From Patescibacteria group bacterium (lineage in GTDB: Bacteria; Patescibacteriota; Microgenomatia; Daviesbacterales; UBA10151), in assembly GCA_023379125.1 (NCBI GenBank), contig JAMCSY010000011.1:5333-69332 (forward strand): a DNA stretch of 64,000 nucleotides. Direction: 5' to 3'. This document shows positions 58,988 to 64,000 of this stretch, piece by piece (the stretch's first letter is position 1; each line of letters opens with the position of its first letter). A program made the translations under genes and the position numbers. The notes beneath the pieces are model-generated. The model was given only the letters and a program-made list of their open reading frames with translations. It did not search any database and had not been told where the DNA came from.

Positions 58988-60703
58988 TTATTCTAGAGCA
59001 AAGTGGTTTCTGGCTAATTTATGCAGTTCAATTTCTGAGCGGTCTTTCATAAAGCTTAAGTTAGGCCAATGGGCAGCTAAAATCTGAGCCATAAAAACAC
59101 CAGCTACAATTTCTGGCATAATCACATAATCAGCACCTGATTGATAAAGCATTTCTGCATCAACAACATTGGTTGCCCTGACAATCACAATTGTTTCTGC
59201 TCTTCTCGTCTTCACCTCAGTTAACAAAACTAAATTATCATCTACTCCAGGGGCTGTTGAGACAACCAATTTAGCGTGATCTAAGTTAACAAAATCTAAA
59301 ATCTCTGGATCTCCAATATCTCCATACATGGCATGAATACCCCTACTAATCAAATTTTGAATCACTCTGGGATTAAAGTCTAAAATCAAAAAAGGTACTT
59401 TTTCCTTTTCTAAAAACTTAACTATTTCACCACCCATCAAATGACCCCCCACTACTACTGCATGTTCTGTCAGATCTGAGGCAGTTTTTTTCTCCAGTTG
59501 ATGAGTTAACTTAGTATGCTCAAAAAAAGTAACTAAGGGTTTTAAAACTGGATAAATATTACGCGAGTAGATAATCATAATTGAAGAAACAATTATCGAG
59601 ATCACGCCAATTAAGGCCATCGCTGTTAATGAACTTTCTGAGACCAAACCTGTTTTTAAACCCAGCACAATCACGATTAAGGAAAACTCTGAAATTTGTG
59701 ATAAGTTGATGGCTGTTTGGAAAATGGTATGTTTACGAAAACCAAACAGACCTAAGACAAACATAAAGATTAATGGTTTAATCAAAAGTGCATAAAGTGT
59801 AAAAACTATAATCACAGGTAAGACACTAACTACTTGGTTAAAACTAACCTGTGAACCAAGATAGACAAAAAATAAGGTGACAAAGAAATCTCTTAATGGT
59901 TTTACCTTGCCCTGAATTTCATAATGAAATGGTGAATTTGCTAAAGCCACACCTGCCAAAAAGGCTCCGATGACTACGGAAAAACCCAGCAGCAAGGCAA
60001 ATGCGACATAGATAAAACACCAAGCCAAAGCTACCAGTAATAAAAGTTCGGAAGACCTTGCTACTACTTTAAAAATACCAGCGAGGAAGGTGTTTGATAA
60101 CCACAGAGCTAAGCCAATTAACAAAATCCCTTTGACTAACAGTAAAATTAAGGGCAAGTTTTGTGATAGACCTAAACCTAAAGCCGAGGAAGAGAGTGTC
60201 ATTAGCATCAACAAAATAATTGCCACCAAGTCCTCCAGTAATAAGATGCCTACTGATAATTTGCCATAGAGCGAAGTTAGATCCTTCTTTTCTAGCAATA
60301 ACTTAACTACGACAATCGTTGAGGAAAAAGAGAGGCCTACCCCCAAATAGAAACTTTCAGTAGGTCCAAAACCCAAAGCCTTAGCGATAAAAAAGCCTGC
60401 TAACAAAGAAATCAAGATTTGTCCCAAACCCGCGACGATAATAGGTTTGCCCAAGTTTTTAATCTCTTTGAAATCTAACTCCATGCCAACTAAAAATAGG
60501 ACAAAAGCAATTCCAATATCAGGGAAAAAAGTTAGAGCAAAAGAGTGTGAAATATCAAGAACTTTAACAAAAGACAGTAAAACTCCAGCCAATAGATAAG
60601 CTACCACCAAAGGCAGCCTCATTTTACTAATAAAATAACCAAAGGCAGCAGACAAGCCAATCACTACTGCCAACTGGATAAACAAGGAATCTGTGACACC
60701 CAT
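58988..60703 (-). CDS. Monovalent cation:proton antiporter (CPA2/Kef-type) with C-terminal RCK/TrkA-N domain
   Basis: 571 aa; about 12 TM segments then VVVGGHLMGGEIVKFLEKEKVPFLILDFNP Rossmann-like. Confidence 0.75.
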   Translation of the reverse strand: MGVTDSLFIQLAVVIGLSAAFGYFISKMRLPLVVAYLLAGVLLSFVKVLDISHSFALTFFPDIGIAFVLFLVGMELDFKEIKNLGKPIIVAGLGQILISLLAGFFIAKALGFGPTESFYLGVGLSFSSTIVVVKLLLEKKDLTSLYGKLSVGILLLEDLVAIILLMLMTLSSSALGLGLSQNLPLILLLVKGILLIGLALWLSNTFLAGIFKVVARSSELLLLVALAWCFIYVAFALLLGFSVVIGAFLAGVALANSPFHYEIQGKVKPLRDFFVTLFFVYLGSQVSFNQVVSVLPVIIVFTLYALLIKPLIFMFVLGLFGFRKHTIFQTAINLSQISEFSLIVIVLGLKTGLVSESSLTAMALIGVISIIVSSIMIIYSRNIYPVLKPLVTFFEHTKLTHQLEKKTASDLTEHAVVVGGHLMGGEIVKFLEKEKVPFLILDFNPRVIQNLISRGIHAMYGDIGDPEILDFVNLDHAKLVVSTAPGVDDNLVLLTEVKTRRAETIVIVRATNVVDAEMLYQSGADYVIMPEIVAGVFMAQILAAHWPNLSFMKDRSEIELHKLARNHFALE

Positions 60704-60811
60704 AATTGTTAAAATTTAACTTCAAATATCTAAATCCTAAATAAATTCAAAATTTAAAACTGTTTAGGAAATTTGAAATTTGAGCATTGTTTAGATTTTA
60801 GAACTTGTCAT

Positions 60812-61591
60812 TTAGGATTGACACTCCTCAAGTTTATCCAAAATATCTTGTAAATCTTTGGGCAGCTTGCTTTCAAATTCCAATCTCTCCCCTGTCTGTG
60901 GATGATCAAAAGATAACTCGGCAGCATGTAAAAACTGTCTGGGGCACCACCTTTTATCTAAACGAGCAGTTTTCCTACCACCATACTTTTCATCCCCTAC
61001 AATACTGTGCCCAATATATTTTAAATGTACTCTAATTTGATGAGTCCGTCCAGTTAGTGGATGACATCGCAGCAAACTAAAGACATTATAATTGGCTTTA
61101 TTCAGCTTTCTCTGCTGAATTTTATTAAAATTTACTAAAAGATTTTGGTACTCACTTGTTAAAAATTGATATTGGCTGATTGGCTGATATTCAGTAATTG
61201 CCTGACGCAAAATACCACTATCGTCCTCCTCGTCAGCAAAAACAACAAACTTTTCTCGGTCTCCAGGATTTCGGCCAATTAAAGTTTCAATTTTACCTGC
61301 CTGCTCAACTCGGCCATGTACTAAAGCTAAATAACTTTTATCAACTGTCCGTTCTTTAAATTGGATTTGTAAAGCTTGTAGAACGAGATTGTTTTTTGCC
61401 ACTAACATTAAGCCCGAGGTATCTTTATCTAGTCTGTGCACAATACCACTTCTATCAGCCTGAATATGATAATTATTTTTTAGTAAATCTTCTAAAGTAG
61501 GCTCTTGTTGAGTTTGAGTAGCGGTAACTACTAGATTGGGTGGTTTATCGATGACGAGCAAAGCTTCATCTTCAAAAACAACTTTAAGCAT
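60812..61591 (-). CDS. RluA-family pseudouridine synthase
   Basis: 259 aa; HRLDKDTSGLMLVAK catalytic Asp motif. Confidence 0.8.
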   Translation of the reverse strand: MLKVVFEDEALLVIDKPPNLVVTATQTQQEPTLEDLLKNNYHIQADRSGIVHRLDKDTSGLMLVAKNNLVLQALQIQFKERTVDKSYLALVHGRVEQAGKIETLIGRNPGDREKFVVFADEEDDSGILRQAITEYQPISQYQFLTSEYQNLLVNFNKIQQRKLNKANYNVFSLLRCHPLTGRTHQIRVHLKYIGHSIVGDEKYGGRKTARLDKRWCPRQFLHAAELSFDHPQTGERLEFESKLPKDLQDILDKLEECQS

Positions 61592-61991
61592 TAGTGGGAG
61601 TTGGCACTTTTTGCAGGAAGTTATTCAATTCTACCAAAACCTCATCAGGATTCATTGCTGATTTAATCAAATAACCATTAGCACCTAGCTCAAAAGCTTG
61701 GTTGATCACAGTATCATGACCTAAATTTGTTAATACTACAATTGGGCCATTGGCTACCTTGGCTGGCTGCAACTTTAGCTCTCTGAGGATCTGTAGGCCA
61801 TCTCTTTTGGGTAACATAATATCTAATAAAGTTAAGTTCCAACCACCCTCTTTTAATTTATTTAACCCCACTTCTCCATCTGGGGCTACATCTACAGTGT
61901 ATCCTTCAGAGGTTAACAATTCTTGGTAAAAATCTCTCAAGAATTGATCATCCTCAACAATTAAAATTCTTTTACTTTTTTTATCATCCAT
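61584..61991 (-). CDS. Stand-alone response-regulator receiver domain protein
   Basis: 135 aa; ILIVEDD..LLDIMLPKRDG (phospho-acceptor Asp), LTNLGH; overlaps rluA start by 8 nt. Confidence 0.75.
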   Translation of the reverse strand: MDDKKSKRILIVEDDQFLRDFYQELLTSEGYTVDVAPDGEVGLNKLKEGGWNLTLLDIMLPKRDGLQILRELKLQPAKVANGPIVVLTNLGHDTVINQAFELGANGYLIKSAMNPDEVLVELNNFLQKVPTPTNA

Positions 61992-62139
61992 AGCAATACT
62001 ATATATAACACATCAGGGATCTGCTTCGCCAGTAGCTATTTTGGATACCTGGCTAGTTTAATGAATCTCCATTGACTCACACCAGTGTCATCTTCTAGAC
62101 CTCATCTTCGATAAGTCCCGTCTACAGTGGGAACCTATT

Positions 62140-62844
62140 TCATCTACGAGCTAACGCTGATGGTTCTTCGTAGGTATTATAAATAGAATTAATCCATTCG
62201 GTTTGGCATGATTGCAAATCTTGTGAGTATATTTTTTTGAAGATGTTAGAAAATGTCTGATAATCGTTATCGGGAGCAAGCTGGGATAATAAAGATAGTA
62301 AATCTGCCTTATTATATTTTTCGATCAGGAAAGCTGTAAAAAGATAAGCCTGGTTGTAATTGTGTGTTTTCTCCCACCCTCTAGTATCATGCAGTTTGGA
62401 AAAATCTTGAGCATCTTCTAACTTCAGCGTTCTTGTTTTGTACTGTCCAGCTATAAGGCCTGCCAACCCCTCACTTAGCCAACGAGGATATTGTAAATGG
62501 AAAAGTTTCCAGGCAAAGCTATGGGCAATTTCATGAGTTAAAACCAAAGGAAAATCAGAAGCGGGATGAGGAGAAATCTCAGCAAAAATATGGGGACTGA
62601 GCATTACTACTGTTTCATGATTAACAATTGATCCAACCACCCAATCTGCTGTTGTTCTATCTAACTCACTATCCATTTGGTTTCTGGTATAAATTATCTT
62701 TATTTGTATCCCAGAAACATCTTGATCAAAAAATTGTCTATTTTGTTGATAAGAATACCGCATAACCTTGTCCAAGCTCTCCAAGGAATCAACTTTAGGA
62801 TCAAACTCAATTATTTCTAGTAAAGATCCCTCTATTTTGTTCAT
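62140..62844 (-). CDS. Putative zinc metallopeptidase (HExxH: VLTHEIAHSFAW)
   Basis: 234 aa; HEIAH plus downstream Glu (LSEGLAG). Confidence 0.45.
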   Translation of the reverse strand: MNKIEGSLLEIIEFDPKVDSLESLDKVMRYSYQQNRQFFDQDVSGIQIKIIYTRNQMDSELDRTTADWVVGSIVNHETVVMLSPHIFAEISPHPASDFPLVLTHEIAHSFAWKLFHLQYPRWLSEGLAGLIAGQYKTRTLKLEDAQDFSKLHDTRGWEKTHNYNQAYLFTAFLIEKYNKADLLSLLSQLAPDNDYQTFSNIFKKIYSQDLQSCQTEWINSIYNTYEEPSALARR

Positions 62845-62872
62845 TGTGTAACAAGACTTTAGCTTATTGCAC

Positions 62873-63907
62873 CTATTTTATAAACTTTTTTAATACCCTT
62901 AGAACCTGCCTTATATATAAAGCATCTAGAGACCTCCCATTTTCAATATATTTTCTAGAAATAGGCATTAGGTGGTATCCTGCATAGGTTCTCCAATAGC
63001 TCATGTCTTTTTGGTGATTTTTTAATATATCAATTTCTCTGTCATAATTTTCTTCTGTATTAAAACTAAAATATTTTTGAGCCAAATACCCTTTCGGTAA
63101 CAATGATTCCAATATGGCTTCGTTGATAATATTTTCCAAGGGCCTCTGACCAAAAAAGCTCTGAGATAATCTTAACTTGCTCTTTTTTTCTTTGGCAATC
63201 TTATCAATCAGCTCCTCATATTGTCTGTTTTGCCAAAAACTATGAATTAATTCATGCCACAACACCATCAGGGAACGTTGGATAACCTGTGAGCTATTAA
63301 TACCTATCTCCAGAGTAACGATTCCCGGGTCAAGGTTTGCACCACCATTAAAATAATATTCACTGGAAATCAATAAAATAACTGTAACCTGTTTAATTTC
63401 AACATCGGTACCAAAGAAAATATTCAGATCGTCAATTAGTTGTTTACTTGGAAATTTCTTATTATTTTCTTTAAGAAGACAAGCCCAATAATTTAATAAA
63501 AATTTTTCTTTTCTCCATACTTTTTTAAAGCGAGGAAGGAATACTTCAGCTGCCGACTGGAAGAGTTGTAATTCTTTAGTATTAAATTTGTTTTTTGCGA
63601 CCTGCCAAACTTTACTATCTGATTCAACCAGGAATACTCTACCCCAATATTTAGGACCAAAAGAGTATTTTTGAAATAACTTTTCAATATCTCCTAAGAC
63701 TTTCTTTTCATTACTAGATAAAGGACCTGTCTCTTGTAACCAAATATCTCTGTACACAGTTCTAACACTAAAATGCCAGCTAGTTAGATTAGAGATAAAG
63801 TGAAACAAATTAGCGGACTTTGAAATTCTATAATTCAAACCAACAGAAAAATTATTCATTTCGAATATATATTTTATGTAATTTATTACTATCTTAAGTG
63901 CTAGCAA
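62873..63907 (-). CDS. Putative zinc metallopeptidase (HExxH: VLWHELIHSFWQ), paralog of 62140-62844
   Basis: 344 aa; shares the extended VL(W/T)HE(L/I)(I/A)HSF block with its neighbour. Confidence 0.45.
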   Translation of the reverse strand: MLALKIVINYIKYIFEMNNFSVGLNYRISKSANLFHFISNLTSWHFSVRTVYRDIWLQETGPLSSNEKKVLGDIEKLFQKYSFGPKYWGRVFLVESDSKVWQVAKNKFNTKELQLFQSAAEVFLPRFKKVWRKEKFLLNYWACLLKENNKKFPSKQLIDDLNIFFGTDVEIKQVTVILLISSEYYFNGGANLDPGIVTLEIGINSSQVIQRSLMVLWHELIHSFWQNRQYEELIDKIAKEKKSKLRLSQSFFGQRPLENIINEAILESLLPKGYLAQKYFSFNTEENYDREIDILKNHQKDMSYWRTYAGYHLMPISRKYIENGRSLDALYIRQVLRVLKKFIK

Positions 63908-63914
63908 CTTAAGA
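63890..63914. promoter_or_regulatory. 25-bp near-perfect palindrome ATCTTAAGT-GCTAGCA-ACTTAAGAT upstream of the HExxH gene pair
   Basis: Direct reading; centred about 10 bp upstream of start codon at 63907. Confidence 0.4.
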
Positions 63915-64000
63915 TAGTCCTTAGCTCAATCTATGCTTGATCTCTATGGGAGTCTATATAATCCCCATAAGGCATATTATGATCTATATGATCACTATGA

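Overview
The window is AT-rich (about 35-38% GC by eye) and gene-dense, and it reads with the standard genetic code because TGA acts as a stop. Its gene content fits a reduced-genome, Gram-positive-like or Candidate-Phyla-Radiation-like bacterium. Housekeeping genes are pheS/pheT, a class A penicillin-binding protein, an archaeal-type tyrS, recG, rpmF, nusB, rnc, rpsP, a KH-domain protein, trmD, gyrB, gyrA, nfo, xerC/D-type recombinase, ruvC and yebC.

The dominant accessory feature is a roughly 20-kb type IV pilus (T4P) locus at 18.4-38.2 kb. It encodes pilM-N-O, about ten prepilin-like or minor-pilin genes, two PilX_N-domain proteins including a 599-aa putative tip protein, two GT-C-fold glycosyltransferases (one PMT/ArnT-like and one TMTC-like with C-terminal TPR repeats), tandem near-identical major pilin paralogs, prepilin peptidase PilD, a further pilin, and pilC-pilT-pilB. 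No secretin gene is present in the locus.

The strongest findings are these:
- A class-I tRNA-Tyr(GUA) with a short variable arm and a C1:G72 pair co-occurs with an archaeal/eukaryotic-type TyrRS.
- Two families of structured intergenic repeats are present, one with 3 copies of about 145 bp (family 1) and one with 2 copies of about 132 bp (family 2), and both show compensatory stem changes.
- A 1.4-kb stretch without ORFs contains palindromes, a perfect DnaA box and a 29-bp tandem array of about 4.5 units.
- An ACP-fold protein lacks the phosphopantetheine-attachment serine but keeps its conserved position beside rnc.
- Two GT-C glycosyltransferases sit inside the pilin cluster and are candidates for pilin glycosylation.
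- The yebC start and ribosome-binding site are reiterated upstream, creating a 6-codon mimic uORF.
- Two adjacent paralogous HExxH proteins share an extended conserved motif.

All calls are by eye from motifs in the supplied translations and the raw sequence. No database searches were run.
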